Source: a bacterium (GTDB taxonomy: Bacteria; Patescibacteriota; Saccharimonadia; Saccharimonadales; SZUA-47). From it: a stretch of 64,000 bases of DNA. The position numbers and the translations under genes are program-made. Position 1 is the first letter of the stretch, and every line of letters starts with the position of its first letter. The stretch spans positions 1,931 through 65,930 of the forward strand of contig JAUIBQ010000003.1 in the NCBI GenBank assembly GCA_030427445.1. The letters are read 5' to 3'. The notes beneath the pieces are model-generated. The model worked only from the letters and a program-made list of their open reading frames with translations. It did no database searches and was not told where the DNA came from. Positions 42,279-53,912 of this stretch are shown here, piece by piece.

Positions 42279-43040
42279 CTACGATTCGTGAGAGATATCA
42301 ATCTCTCCTGATTTGAAGTCGCAGGTGGGATCAATTAAATGTGCAAAAAATTGCTTTCTGACAAATTCTAGCACTCCTATGTCGAAACTCTGCTTACTTG
42401 GGTCATGTAAGTATACGCTTGCGATAGGGATAGATTTTTCGATACCGATATTTTCTGCATCTTTTTCGATGCCCATTGAGTTGATCTCCGGATACCCCTC
42501 TAACATTATAGTATTAACTTCATCGGTCACAATATCAAGTGCTGTAACAGATTGTTCATCCGTAAGATGCGTTAACTGAGTTAAAACGACTACCTTGTGT
42601 TTGTCTTCTTTATCTTTGACTGGATCAACTATTTTAACATCGTCAAATTTGTGAGACATTTCGCCAACGGTACATCTACCTATCTCTCCCGCCATACGTT
42701 TCCCAATCCTTGTCGGCATATCATCGCCACCAATTGCACCGATTGGTCTGTAGTTAGGGTCTTCATTTGTTATGAAACTAATAATTTCAGGTGGCGCATT
42801 TTGGATACCACCCTTGACCATGGAGCGGGCATAGTGCACGTATCGTAGGTCTGTGGTTGGACGAATTAAAATTGGTATAGCTCGTTGAGCTTGCTGTGTT
42901 TCATCATCAGTAACCCATCCACCTATCAAACCCAATTTCTTGACGAGCAATCGGTTGACGCCGCTTACTGCGTCACTTATGGCACTAGGTTCAACTGCAA
43001 CCATCGGAGTTGCGACCTCAACACTTATATTTTTTCCCAT
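42279..43040 (-). CDS. Hypothetical protein
   Basis: 253 aa ORF, no recognised motif. Confidence 0.6.
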   Translation of the reverse strand: MGKNISVEVATPMVAVEPSAISDAVSGVNRLLVKKLGLIGGWVTDDETQQAQRAIPILIRPTTDLRYVHYARSMVKGGIQNAPPEIISFITNEDPNYRPIGAIGGDDMPTRIGKRMAGEIGRCTVGEMSHKFDDVKIVDPVKDKEDKHKVVVLTQLTHLTDEQSVTALDIVTDEVNTIMLEGYPEINSMGIEKDAENIGIEKSIPIASVYLHDPSKQSFDIGVLEFVRKQFFAHLIDPTCDFKSGEIDISHES

Positions 43041-43076
43041 TATTGTGGGCGATTATACTATTTTTATGCTTTTTTA

Positions 43077-43844
43077 TCAATTAGAAGGTATTTCATGTAT
43101 GCCTAATGGCTGGAAAACAGTCGGTGCCATTGGTAGTAGAGGTCGACTAATTACAGTATCTTCATTTCTAGATTTCTCGTCTACTCTAAACACTGGTAGC
43201 CTAAAGGCAACATCTTCAAACCCAATCTCCGGTGCACCAGGCAAGCGTCTTGCGAAAATACTATTAATTATATCTATGTCTTGCTCGATGATCTCATCTG
43301 CTGGATGAGTTTCTTTACTGACTGAGAGCTCTATCAGTCCAGTACCTGCTGTGTCATCAAATATTCTGTTCCTGAGTGGTGCTACAAGTTCTAACTTTCT
43401 TGGGTCTTTTCCAGCTTGAAGGTCATGAAAGTCTGCCTGTATTTCTTTCTTCTTTTGTCGAAACGCTTCTTTACGGCCACGAGGTGTAAGTTTTGTATTT
43501 CTTCTACTACCATTACCGTCCATGAAGCAATCGAAAAGATTTGCCATCATATTAGGTGTCAGATATTGCAACATCAGAGCATCTGATGTCACAGCTTCAC
43601 CGAACTGTTGATTAGCATCCTTATAACCCATCCTACTCACATATTCTGCAATAGGATGATGCCCTGGCTTAGCACCACTAGATCTGACCCGTGGCAATAC
43701 TAAACGTCCAAGTGCTATCTGGACATCTTGTGTTCTTCTGAGTCGTTCATTGTACTCCTGTCTGTCCTCTCGATTCGCTGAACGATGCATCCCATCACGT
43801 GCTCGTTTTTCATGTCCTTTTTGAAAACCTAAACTTGAAGCCAT
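43077..43844 (-). CDS. Hypothetical protein
   Basis: Start placed at MASSLG after AAGGGG; the longer ORF overlaps the divergent gene. Confidence 0.6.
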   Translation of the reverse strand: MASSLGFQKGHEKRARDGMHRSANREDRQEYNERLRRTQDVQIALGRLVLPRVRSSGAKPGHHPIAEYVSRMGYKDANQQFGEAVTSDALMLQYLTPNMMANLFDCFMDGNGSRRNTKLTPRGRKEAFRQKKKEIQADFHDLQAGKDPRKLELVAPLRNRIFDDTAGTGLIELSVSKETHPADEIIEQDIDIINSIFARRLPGAPEIGFEDVAFRLPVFRVDEKSRNEDTVISRPLLPMAPTVFQPLGIHEIPSN

Positions 43845-43955
43845 CTGCGACACCCCTTTTTGTTTTATCTCTACTTGCTTATAAGATACTGCTAACCTCA
43901 TTAGAATACAAGCATAAGGACTGTGATATTTATCATGTGCGCTATAATAAAGCGC

Positions 43956-44423
43956 ATGGATAAAAGACCTGAGCAAACTAAGTCTAAAGACGCGAAGATA
44001 CGAGAGCGGAATAACCCTTTGTGGAAAGTTGTTTTAACGGACGCAGCAGGTGTTGGCTGCCTACTGTTGGTTCCGTTTCTTGGACCACTTCCTGGACCAG
44101 GTGGCATACCACTTCTTCTTGCAGGCTTCGGTTTTCTAGCAGTTAACCACGATTGGGCTGACTCAGCCGTCGACTATGTTAAAGAGCGTTCAGAGAGCTT
44201 ACGAAATGTGATATTTCCGGATGTGAAGTGGATACAATGGTTATGGGACATTTTCTGCGTGCTACTGCTTGTGGGCGGAACTTTCATGAACCTGCAAGTT
44301 GAGCATTGGTTCTGGAAGGGCATTAGCTATGGAGTCATGGCCGGATCAACAACACTATTTTTAATGAATCGTCACCGTATAGACTGGCTTGATAAACAAC
44401 TTCGTCGTACAGGTAAAAAATAA
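43956..44423 (+). CDS. PGPGW-like membrane protein
   Basis: GPLPGPGGIPLL..G...LA...WA motif; TATAAT 7 nt before ATG 43956. Confidence 0.7.
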   Translation: MDKRPEQTKSKDAKIRERNNPLWKVVLTDAAGVGCLLLVPFLGPLPGPGGIPLLLAGFGFLAVNHDWADSAVDYVKERSESLRNVIFPDVKWIQWLWDIFCVLLLVGGTFMNLQVEHWFWKGISYGVMAGSTTLFLMNRHRIDWLDKQLRRTGKK

Positions 44424-44547
44424 TCGTTTACAATAGTATTGACTTTTTACATACTTTGTGGTATCATGAAATTATAGGGATTTACTAATAGTTAACTTTT
44501 ATCACAGGTGGAGGGCTGCTGGTTCTAAGAGAGGTGGTTGTCTACCA

Positions 44548-44847
44548 ATGTGGCAATTTATTATTTCTGGCTATGTGCCGGGGACAGATTTTCAAGTAAC
44601 GTTTGAAGCATGGACATTTTTTGTAACTGTTCTATGCTCCGCTGTATTACTATTTTTCATACTTCGATTTTCTGTATATGGCTCGATATCTTTTGTAGCT
44701 AACCACGACTTCACGACGCCTAACATATCTCAGCCACTTAACACACTAAAATCAGACATTACTACATTGGCTAAAAAAGCCGACAAGAAACTTAAGAAAA
44801 TTTATTCTGATAGCGACTATTTACGAGTTATCACTCGGCTCTGGTAG
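44548..44847 (+). CDS. Small membrane protein
   Basis: G.VPGT.FQVTF plus a TM helix; upstream TTGACT-N17-TATCAT promoter. Confidence 0.6.
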   Translation: MWQFIISGYVPGTDFQVTFEAWTFFVTVLCSAVLLFFILRFSVYGSISFVANHDFTTPNISQPLNTLKSDITTLAKKADKKLKKIYSDSDYLRVITRLW

Positions 44848-46254
44848 TATCGACTCTGCATACAGCTGAAGCTCAGTTAATAAGTATTCTTGGTCTGGAG
44901 TAGCGGTTTTTGCGAGTTCTTGGAGGCGTTTAGAAAAACGAGCTACTTTACTATTGGCACCACCCTTATAAAACACCGCTTGTTTATATCCTTCCCACCA
45001 TTCTCGTTGTTCAGGACTTAGTTTTTCTGGGAAATTCCTAGCGATGTAGAATGGTATGAGCTCTCTAACTTTCTTTGTTTTTACTTCATTCATAACTTTC
45101 GCTATATTATCAATGTTTGAACGCACGAGCTCCAGCTCCTGTTGAGCACGACCATCATAAAATCCACCATCATAGATTTGCTCATCCGCATTCTCGCTCA
45201 ACTCGAAACGTTGTTGCTGCTCGTTTTCAATGATGTCCAATGCTTTTTGACACTTATCCAAAAACTCTTTGTTTTTTAGAAGTGTATTTGCTCTCTTCAC
45301 TATTTCTTGAGTATGTATCGACAGCCTTTCCTGTGAAGCCACGTCAACAACTCCGAGTGGAGCGACTGCCGGACATTTATTCGCCATCATTGTCTTAAGC
45401 GGTGCTGTCTCGATGTTTTCGTCAAAACGAGCCTGCCAGTGCTTTACTAGCTCATCGACTGATTTCCTCATCCACTTTTCTGGATCTTCACGCAGGTTAA
45501 ACACGATAAATCCATCTCGACGCGGATGCTTAAATAAACTTACAACAGGGTTAGTCTTCAAAAACTCGCTTGAATACTTACCAGATGTATACACGAAAGG
45601 CTCAGGCTTCTCCGCAAGTTCAATGACTTTACTTTTCTGCCTCATCTGCAATAAATACTGGAACATCTGAGGTTGTGCTTCTTTCGCTTTTTGAGCTAAA
45701 GAAATCAACGCTTGTACATCACTAAGCGCGTCGTGAGCGTTTTCATGCAATAGTCCGTTTTCTTTCGCCATTAACTCTAGCTTGACTGTTGGCTTGCCAT
45801 TCAGATCAGGCCATTTGATACCATCAGGTCTTAAAGCTCGCATCATACGCATGACATCGAGCAGATCCCAACGACTTTTTCCATCTTTCCATTGCCACTG
45901 ATACGGATCAAATAAGTCTCGGTACATTAACCGACGCATAAACTCATCGTCAAATCGCACGGAATTATAACCAAGCATAATCGTGTCTGGCGTCGCGACG
46001 TTTTTTTGCACATACTCTGCAAGTTCTGCTTCTGTGATGCCTTCGCTTAAGGCTTTTTGCGGAGTGATACCATGCACCAACACTGCATCAGGTTCAGGTA
46101 ATACATCGTCGGCAATTTTAACTAAGATATTATCTGGCTCTCCGATAGGCTGCAAGTGCTCATCAGTTCTCTGGCCGGCAAACTGCATAATCCGCCCGTT
46201 TCGCGGACTTCCACTACTTGTTTCCAGATCGTAAAAGTAAAAACTAACTGCCAT
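44821..46254 (-). CDS. sbcB: Exodeoxyribonuclease I
   Basis: YDLETS, QFAGQRTD, GYNSVRFDDE, SRWDLLD, LRPDGI.WP, AHDALSDV, NKCP. Confidence 0.94.
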   Translation of the reverse strand: MAVSFYFYDLETSSGSPRNGRIMQFAGQRTDEHLQPIGEPDNILVKIADDVLPEPDAVLVHGITPQKALSEGITEAELAEYVQKNVATPDTIMLGYNSVRFDDEFMRRLMYRDLFDPYQWQWKDGKSRWDLLDVMRMMRALRPDGIKWPDLNGKPTVKLELMAKENGLLHENAHDALSDVQALISLAQKAKEAQPQMFQYLLQMRQKSKVIELAEKPEPFVYTSGKYSSEFLKTNPVVSLFKHPRRDGFIVFNLREDPEKWMRKSVDELVKHWQARFDENIETAPLKTMMANKCPAVAPLGVVDVASQERLSIHTQEIVKRANTLLKNKEFLDKCQKALDIIENEQQQRFELSENADEQIYDGGFYDGRAQQELELVRSNIDNIAKVMNEVKTKKVRELIPFYIARNFPEKLSPEQREWWEGYKQAVFYKGGANSKVARFSKRLQELAKTATPDQEYLLTELQLYAESILPEPSDNS

Positions 46255-46292
46255 ATAACAGTTAGTTTACCATTTAGTGACTGCGATTCATG

Positions 46293-47018
46293 TTACTCTG
46301 CTTCAGCTACAGGAGATTCTAGAGCTTCTAGCTGGTCTGCTAATGCCCTTAAATCGTCAGCGCTTGAAGCTTTCACGTAAAAATCAGTAATCGCTCCTCC
46401 CATTGTATTAGGGAATGCACTTCTTATGTGAGCTTGGAAAGGATCAAGTACCTCTACTCTACCAAAAATTCTGTTTCTGCCGTCAAGCCCAGCAGCTTCT
46501 ATAGCACGCTTTACTTTTGCAATCTCTGCTTGAGTTTGAGCTTCTTGCTCTAAAGCCACCCCTAGGATTACTCTCCGTCCACTGGCGTTTACACAATCTT
46601 CATCAGAAGGGTATGTATTTTTTTCATCATATGGCTTAGAAATCTTTTTGGGAAGATATTCTTTACGTAGCAGTGCATCAATTTTAGTGGTTTGTTGTTT
46701 ATTTAAATCAGGTTCATAAAACCTAGGAAGAATTCCATCAGGGTATTCAATTATTGACTCGCTTATAAAGTCAGTACTATCAACTTGGGTATCGACTCGC
46801 CTCGGCAATCGAGGAATTCCGACAGAAGGTACTGTGCTCATCCAATCCCACGTTGGGTAACCATCTTCGATGTGAGCTAAATCACTTCTAGTAGTTGGTT
46901 CCGGAAAGCCGTATTGTTCTAATAATTCAGCATCTCTTCTTCGTTCTTCTTCAAATCCACTAGGCATGAATGGTATTTCATGTTCAGGTGTATTTTTTTC
47001 GCCAAATGCTCCAGCCAT
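46293..47018 (-). CDS. Hypothetical protein
   Basis: 241 aa ORF with RBS AGGAG. Confidence 0.6.
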   Translation of the reverse strand: MAGAFGEKNTPEHEIPFMPSGFEEERRRDAELLEQYGFPEPTTRSDLAHIEDGYPTWDWMSTVPSVGIPRLPRRVDTQVDSTDFISESIIEYPDGILPRFYEPDLNKQQTTKIDALLRKEYLPKKISKPYDEKNTYPSDEDCVNASGRRVILGVALEQEAQTQAEIAKVKRAIEAAGLDGRNRIFGRVEVLDPFQAHIRSAFPNTMGGAITDFYVKASSADDLRALADQLEALESPVAEAE

Positions 47019-47061
47019 TTATTAATCTCCTAATAAATAATTTTATGGGACATATTATACA

Positions 47062-48507
47062 TTATTTACTATTTTTATGCAATTTTATATATGTTTCAAT
47101 GTCAAATTTTCTTTTAAGCCCGCTGTAGTTCATGTAGCGGATTTTGCCGAAGACTTCACGTTCTGTCCATGGACGATCGTGTACTCCGCATACCGACCAC
47201 ATGATACCCACGTACCCGTTTGGATCCCCGCCATCAAGATGATACTTGTCATTTAACTCGACTAAAATATCGACTGCTGTCTGCGCATCTGGAGTCCATT
47301 CTTTCACCTTCTTTGCCCAATACATCCTCATATAACCGTGTATTTTACCCGTACTCGTCATTTGTCGCTGAGCCGCGTTCCATGCCTCGTCATGTGTCTC
47401 TGCATTTTGCAATTCTTCTTTTGAATACTGATGCTCTCGCTTATCAGCATCGTGCTCACGAATAGTTTCCTGAGCCCAATCGTGAGCTCCACTAACAAGC
47501 AAGTAGTCGTCTTTGTAATAACAAAAATTGTCTGACAGTTCTTTCCTGACAATCATTTCTTCCAGCAAGACAGCCGCACTAGCTACCTTTTTATTCGAAA
47601 ACGAATTAGCTTGGGGCATCTTTTTAGACTCCAGCAAATGCAAGCTAGCACCTGCTCCGTTTACGACTGCTTGCAACTCTAGCGCTACGCGTAGACTCGA
47701 CAACTGACCGAAATGAAGATATGGGCTTAAGCCAGAAAGTGCATCTTTTGTTGGATCATTTCTGTCGTGTGCATATACTTCAAGCTTGTTATGAATGAAG
47801 TCGGCTAGTTTTTTTCGAGCAGCATGCTCACCTGGCTTGAAATCATATGAAATCCCAGTCGACACCAATTTATCTAAAATCGCATCAATATCCTTCTGCT
47901 GACTCCTTATCGAAGATGTCTTGCCTTTGAAATCATGAGGATGCTTGACTATATCATCAGGTGCTATTAGGTACTCACCAAAATACTTATGAACCTTAGG
48001 CCTAAATGTCGCAGCAGAAAACTCTTTTTTATCACTTGCTACCCAGCACGGAATCATATTGTGCGTGTCGACAACATACATCGGTATGTCTGGGTTCGAC
48101 TCAACCAATGAGTCGAGTAATGTACGAGGACCAGATAGCGGGTTAAAGTCGAAAAACACTACAGAAGGTTTTGACTCCTCAAAGAAACTGCCAAGCTCCT
48201 GTGAGGACTTACCAACAATCAGATGAAACACTATATTTTTATCTTTCAGTTCCTTTTCAACTACGCCCAAACCCTGCAGCATAAATTCATACTGCTCTTT
48301 CGTGCGGTGTCCTGTCGACTGATACAAACAGAAAGTAACAATGAGAGGGAGACTCTTTTCTATAGCGTGCTTCTGCGCAGCGATAAGTGCATGATTATCA
48401 TCAACTCGTTGGTCACGACTCATGACGTAGACAACACAATCGCCACTACCATTTGTGTCTGGCTTATTGATACATCTAATCCGAGAAGCAAGAGGTTGAT
48501 CAAACAT
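47062..48507 (-). CDS. phrB: Class II CPD DNA photolyase
   Basis: MSRDQRVDDN, SGLSPYLHFGQ, EE.IVRKELSDN, GK.HGYMRMYWAKK, LDG.DPNG, HDRPW.ER..GKIRYM. Confidence 0.95.
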   Translation of the reverse strand: MFDQPLASRIRCINKPDTNGSGDCVVYVMSRDQRVDDNHALIAAQKHAIEKSLPLIVTFCLYQSTGHRTKEQYEFMLQGLGVVEKELKDKNIVFHLIVGKSSQELGSFFEESKPSVVFFDFNPLSGPRTLLDSLVESNPDIPMYVVDTHNMIPCWVASDKKEFSAATFRPKVHKYFGEYLIAPDDIVKHPHDFKGKTSSIRSQQKDIDAILDKLVSTGISYDFKPGEHAARKKLADFIHNKLEVYAHDRNDPTKDALSGLSPYLHFGQLSSLRVALELQAVVNGAGASLHLLESKKMPQANSFSNKKVASAAVLLEEMIVRKELSDNFCYYKDDYLLVSGAHDWAQETIREHDADKREHQYSKEELQNAETHDEAWNAAQRQMTSTGKIHGYMRMYWAKKVKEWTPDAQTAVDILVELNDKYHLDGGDPNGYVGIMWSVCGVHDRPWTEREVFGKIRYMNYSGLKRKFDIETYIKLHKNSK

Positions 48508-48519
48508 AGCTATTAGTAT

Positions 48520-49652
48520 TTACGATTTATTATATTTCTCTGTAATCTTTTTGACTGTGTCTGCAACGTTATGCTGGTCTTTCGTTGTACTCACCCAGTA
48601 CCACCACTCAGCTCCCCAGGTATCGATATATGTCATGGAGGTTTGTTGAGCATACGAAATAGCGAGCTTCAGCTCCTCAGGATTCATCGACTTAAATTGC
48701 TCCTCCACGCTCATTTTCCACGTAGCACTCGGACCCCACGGCTCCATCTGGAGTTCGTGGATGACGGTATCTCTGTTTTTAATCAATAAAGTCAGATATC
48801 TTCGCACCTTATAGGCCTTAGGTTTGATGGATGTTTTAGTGTATTTCTTTTTATCTGAGCTATAGATGTTTCGGTAGACACTCGTCGAGTAAATATCTGG
48901 AGTGGGCGTGAGTAGAGGGAGACTGATAACTTTTGCAGTCGACATTATAATTGGTCGCAGTGGATCCAATTTCCTAATTACATTGAACTCTTTGTTTAGT
49001 CGTTTACGATCAAAATTAAATGATTCTCCAAAACTTCTAAGCCAAAATTCATTTTCCAGCTGCCAACTTTGAATCGTCGCGTTATCTATGTAGTGCTCAA
49101 TAACTCTTCTGTGATACTTTATATATTTTTGTTCAACCTCTTCATTTGAGAGTTCTTTTGTCCATTCCGGCAGGTGAGTTTCAGGCCACCTCGGTTGGCG
49201 CATGCCTATCGCGAGCGAGACGTACCCTCCGGCTTTTTCTATCATTTCTATTTGCTTATCAAGATCGGTGAAATCTATGTCGCCTTCGGTTGCTTCATAG
49301 ACATCCCAATAACTCATCAATCTAAATCGTCGAAACCCAAGACCTATCGTATACTCCAGCGCCTTCTGCCAATCCTCACCATAATGCCCACATTCTTTTA
49401 TAGAAAAGCTCACACCTACGTCTGACTGACCGGTAATCGAATCGACATTCTTAAACATTTCTATCGGTCGCCCAAGAGCATCAACAAAACGCAGTGCACT
49501 AGCAATGCAGACTATCATCAACGAAGTAATGAACAAGATTACCCACACCGAAAGTGACACACCACCAATCATAAAAACACTAAGCAAAAACATCCCTGAC
49601 GACAGAAATACTAATGAGCTTTGTAGTAGTTCTGATTTTTTCGTCTTATGCA

Positions 49653-49653
<1 letters not shown>
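48520..49653 (-). CDS. Membrane-anchored clan GH-A glycoside hydrolase
   Basis: QPRWPE.H.P.W, WQLENE (acid/base), ELQ.EPW (nucleophile), WGAEWWY. Confidence 0.7.
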
Positions 49654-50933
<1,280 letters not shown>

Positions 50934-51054
50934 TCATTATAGATGAGATGAGAAAAAGTATAAAGTTTTGAAGCTCAGCAATAAATCATAAAATTAAATG
51001 GTGCAAAGCCCCGTAGTAATGCAAGGCATTTGCTAACGGGGTGAAATCTTAAGG

Positions 51055-51078
51055 AGTTAAAAGTGCAAATGGCGTGGA
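51055..51078. repeat. 24 bp dispersed repeat, copy 2
   Basis: Identical to 24088-24111. Confidence 0.9.
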
Positions 51079-51080
51079 AA

Positions 51081-52172
51081 TTAGTAGATATAGCTATAAT
51101 ACGCTGCTTGCTGTGCAGTGAGAACTCGATACGAAACAACATTCCAACCAGCATAGTTCATTTCACTAATACGTACGCTACCATCGCCGTAGACTTCTTC
51201 TACATATCCGACGTGCCCATAGTAATCACTCGGCGGTGTCCAAATGACTGCACCTGCTTGCGGTGTATTTCCTACTCCGAGTCCAGCACGCTGTGCAAGT
51301 ACTTTCCACGTACTTGCGTTACCTAAGTTTGCCGGGATTGGTTTGCCGGCTTGTGCACGCTTGTTTGCTGCATACCACGTACAATAGCCGTATACATAAC
51401 CGTTGTAGCCATAGACTGCGGATGTACCGAATCGAAATCCGCTATAGGACGGAACTGAACGTCGTACTGGCGCTGGTACTTCTCCATTTGGTATGACGAT
51501 TTTCTGTCCTTCTTTCAGACCTGTAATCTCTGCATCATTAAATGCTATGATCGCCTTTTCATTGGAGTTATAGTTATCAGCAATCTTTTCTGCTGTATCA
51601 CCTGACTTTACCGTGTAGACAATACCGTTCACTGGTGGGATTAACAAGGTGTCCCCTGCATCTAAACTGTCCCCTGAAAGATCGTTTGACCATTTTATAG
51701 AGTTGCTTGAAATACCAAACTCTTCTGCTAATGATGAAACTGTATCGCCTTCTTTGACTGTGTATTCTGATAAGTCACTAATTGATCGACTCTCAGTTGA
51801 AACTATTTGTGGTTTAGCAACAACTTGTGAATCAGCTGGAACTATTTCTAACTGTGAGTTTACCGTGTCGGCGTTATTTTTAACTGCCGTGGTCTCCTCA
51901 AGACGAGCAAGCTCGGCTATCGATACTGCAATGTCAGCAGATGAGAGCTTATCGAGTGGATCGACTTCTTTTTCTTCAGTTACAGCATCTAAGACAACAG
52001 TACTTTCACGGTCTTCGCTCGTCGTTCCTAATGCAACAAAACCAACCACTCCGAGAACAACTAAAAGATTGACTGCAAATAAACCATTTCGCAGTAAACG
52101 CCGTTTTCCTCTTGTGATTTTACGTGATATGTTCCGTGCTGTTTTACCAACACCAAATTGTCGCGTTTTAAT
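51081..52172 (-). CDS. LysM-LysM-CHAP peptidoglycan hydrolase, probable AUU start
   Basis: Two LysM domains (YTVKEGDT, YTVKSGDT) and CHAP (GYCTWYA, GNA..W, YGHVGYVE, SEMN); frame open upstream of GTG 52049 to ATT 52172 after AAGGAG. Confidence 0.88.
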   Translation of the reverse strand: MKTRQFGVGKTARNISRKITRGKRRLLRNGLFAVNLLVVLGVVGFVALGTTSEDRESTVVLDAVTEEKEVDPLDKLSSADIAVSIAELARLEETTAVKNNADTVNSQLEIVPADSQVVAKPQIVSTESRSISDLSEYTVKEGDTVSSLAEEFGISSNSIKWSNDLSGDSLDAGDTLLIPPVNGIVYTVKSGDTAEKIADNYNSNEKAIIAFNDAEITGLKEGQKIVIPNGEVPAPVRRSVPSYSGFRFGTSAVYGYNGYVYGYCTWYAANKRAQAGKPIPANLGNASTWKVLAQRAGLGVGNTPQAGAVIWTPPSDYYGHVGYVEEVYGDGSVRISEMNYAGWNVVSYRVLTAQQAAYYSYIY

Positions 52173-52407
52173 ACTTTCTCCTTTATGAACTCATGCCTGT
52201 AGAGAATTTTCTCAGAGATTCATAGGTTTATCTTATGATGCGCTTTTAATACGTTATTTGTATAGTGGTGTAAGCCAGTTTGAGCTTACAAATGTGCTAT
52301 TTAGGCACATACTGTTTGTTTTACATCATTTATTAAGGTAAACCACACCGTACCAGACGCCAACACTTTATGTAACTGAGTGTGTATATCTGTTAGTGTT
52401 AACGAGA

Positions 52408-52437
52408 ATTATACCGCTTTTTTACCGGTTATGTCAA
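52408..52437 (-). promoter_or_regulatory. Consensus sigma70 promoter of the LysM/CHAP gene
   Basis: TTGACA (52437-52432) - 18 nt - TATAAT (52413-52408). Confidence 0.75.
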
Positions 52438-52451
52438 TAAAACTGTCGCTT

Positions 52452-53468
52452 TTAGAGGAGACAACCGACGCCGTGATCTACTTGCAGTTGTTCATGCTCG
52501 CTCAGAGTATATGAGAAACGTGTCACACAGTCATTACCAGTTACAAAATAGAGATAATCACTATCTGAAGGTGAGGCTACAGCCTCGAGACTACTTATGC
52601 TGACATTACTGAGTGGACCAGGTGGTAAACCCGGTATCTCATAAGTGTTGTAGTTTGCAGGATATGGGTCAGTTGCATTAGATTCTAACGCAATATTATT
52701 TTCTAGACGAGACAGAAACACTTGGGCAACTAGTGGTTTCTCGTCGAGATTGCTCACTTCTTTTTCAACTATCGACGCTAAAATGATAGCTTCGTGTACA
52801 GTTAGACCTTTTTCAGCAAAAGAAGCTTTCATCGCTGGGGTAATTGCTGCATACATCGCATCTAACGATGCCTCTACTACTTCTCGAGCATCTGTTGTCT
52901 TACTTGTGGCATATGTATCAGGATATAAATAGCCCTCCAGGTCGGCAGTATCTGGCAAGTATTCAACTACTAGCGGGTGACTACTATAAGAAGATGGCTT
53001 AAGTGCGGTTGTCGCTGCCTGAGATGAATACCCTCTCTCTTCGAGCGCTTGCTTGATTTCACCAAGTCGAGATCCAGGTACAAAAGTAATGAAGTTTTGC
53101 GATACATCACCACTGATTAGTCGAGAGATGACTTTTTTAGATGATTCGGTTTTATCAAACTCATAGCTACCTGCTTGGATTATGTCGTCTGAATGATAGA
53201 GTCTTGTGTAGAGTTGAAGCGCCAATGACGACTTAACGATGCCCTGTAGCTCCAATCGAGCTGCAATCTGCTCAACTGTCTCACCTTCTTCGATAGTTAT
53301 ATCTATAGGGTCTGACGCTACTTGCGGCGCTTGAAGTGAGGTATTAAACCAAATAAAAGCACTCAACACTAGCAGTACTACGATGATAGCCACAACAAAC
53401 AAAACCTTACAGATTCGCACGGCGATATGAGGCTTTGATCGGTATGGTTTGTGTGAGTGGAAAGTCAT
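52452..53468 (-). CDS. mltG: Endolytic transglycosylase MltG (YceG)
   Basis: LEGYLYPDTY, LASIVEKE, VF..RL, YNTY...GLPPGP, YLYFV. Confidence 0.93.
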   Translation of the reverse strand: MTFHSHKPYRSKPHIAVRICKVLFVVAIIVVLLVLSAFIWFNTSLQAPQVASDPIDITIEEGETVEQIAARLELQGIVKSSLALQLYTRLYHSDDIIQAGSYEFDKTESSKKVISRLISGDVSQNFITFVPGSRLGEIKQALEERGYSSQAATTALKPSSYSSHPLVVEYLPDTADLEGYLYPDTYATSKTTDAREVVEASLDAMYAAITPAMKASFAEKGLTVHEAIILASIVEKEVSNLDEKPLVAQVFLSRLENNIALESNATDPYPANYNTYEIPGLPPGPLSNVSISSLEAVASPSDSDYLYFVTGNDCVTRFSYTLSEHEQLQVDHGVGCLL

Positions 53469-53912
53469 TTATTTTATTTTGTGTTGGACTACGTCTTTTA
53501 AGGTTATAAAATCTTCTGCAATGATTCCTGCAGCAACCGAGTCAATCCCAGCGGATATCTCGCCGGCTCGTTCTTTTGCTGCTTCAGTAGTACCGGCCTC
53601 ATCAATTGCATACACTTCAAAAGCGTCACCAGACTGCTCACACAGTGTGTCAATGAATGCACGCGTTATCCTCGTCTGTTCACTGTCTTGCCCGTCTAAC
53701 CCTCTAGGCACACCGATGACGATACCATGTGATGATAAACTTCTAGCGATTTCTAGTAGCTCGCCAATAACCTGGTCGTCGTTAGTTCTTTCTATCACTG
53801 GTAAATACTCTGCAATTTGAGCGTGGGAGTTGATGCGCGCAACGCCAACTCTCTTAAGTCCGTAATCAACAGCGAGAAACTCGCCTTCTGCTTGTGAACT
53901 ATGCTGGCTCAC
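53469..53912 (-). CDS. yqgF: YqgF/RuvX family RNase H-fold nuclease
   Basis: LAVDYGLKRVGVA, VIGVP, DE..TT..A, DSVAA.II. Confidence 0.9.
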   Translation of the reverse strand: MSQHSSQAEGEFLAVDYGLKRVGVARINSHAQIAEYLPVIERTNDDQVIGELLEIARSLSSHGIVIGVPRGLDGQDSEQTRITRAFIDTLCEQSGDAFEVYAIDEAGTTEAAKERAGEISAGIDSVAAGIIAEDFITLKDVVQHKIK

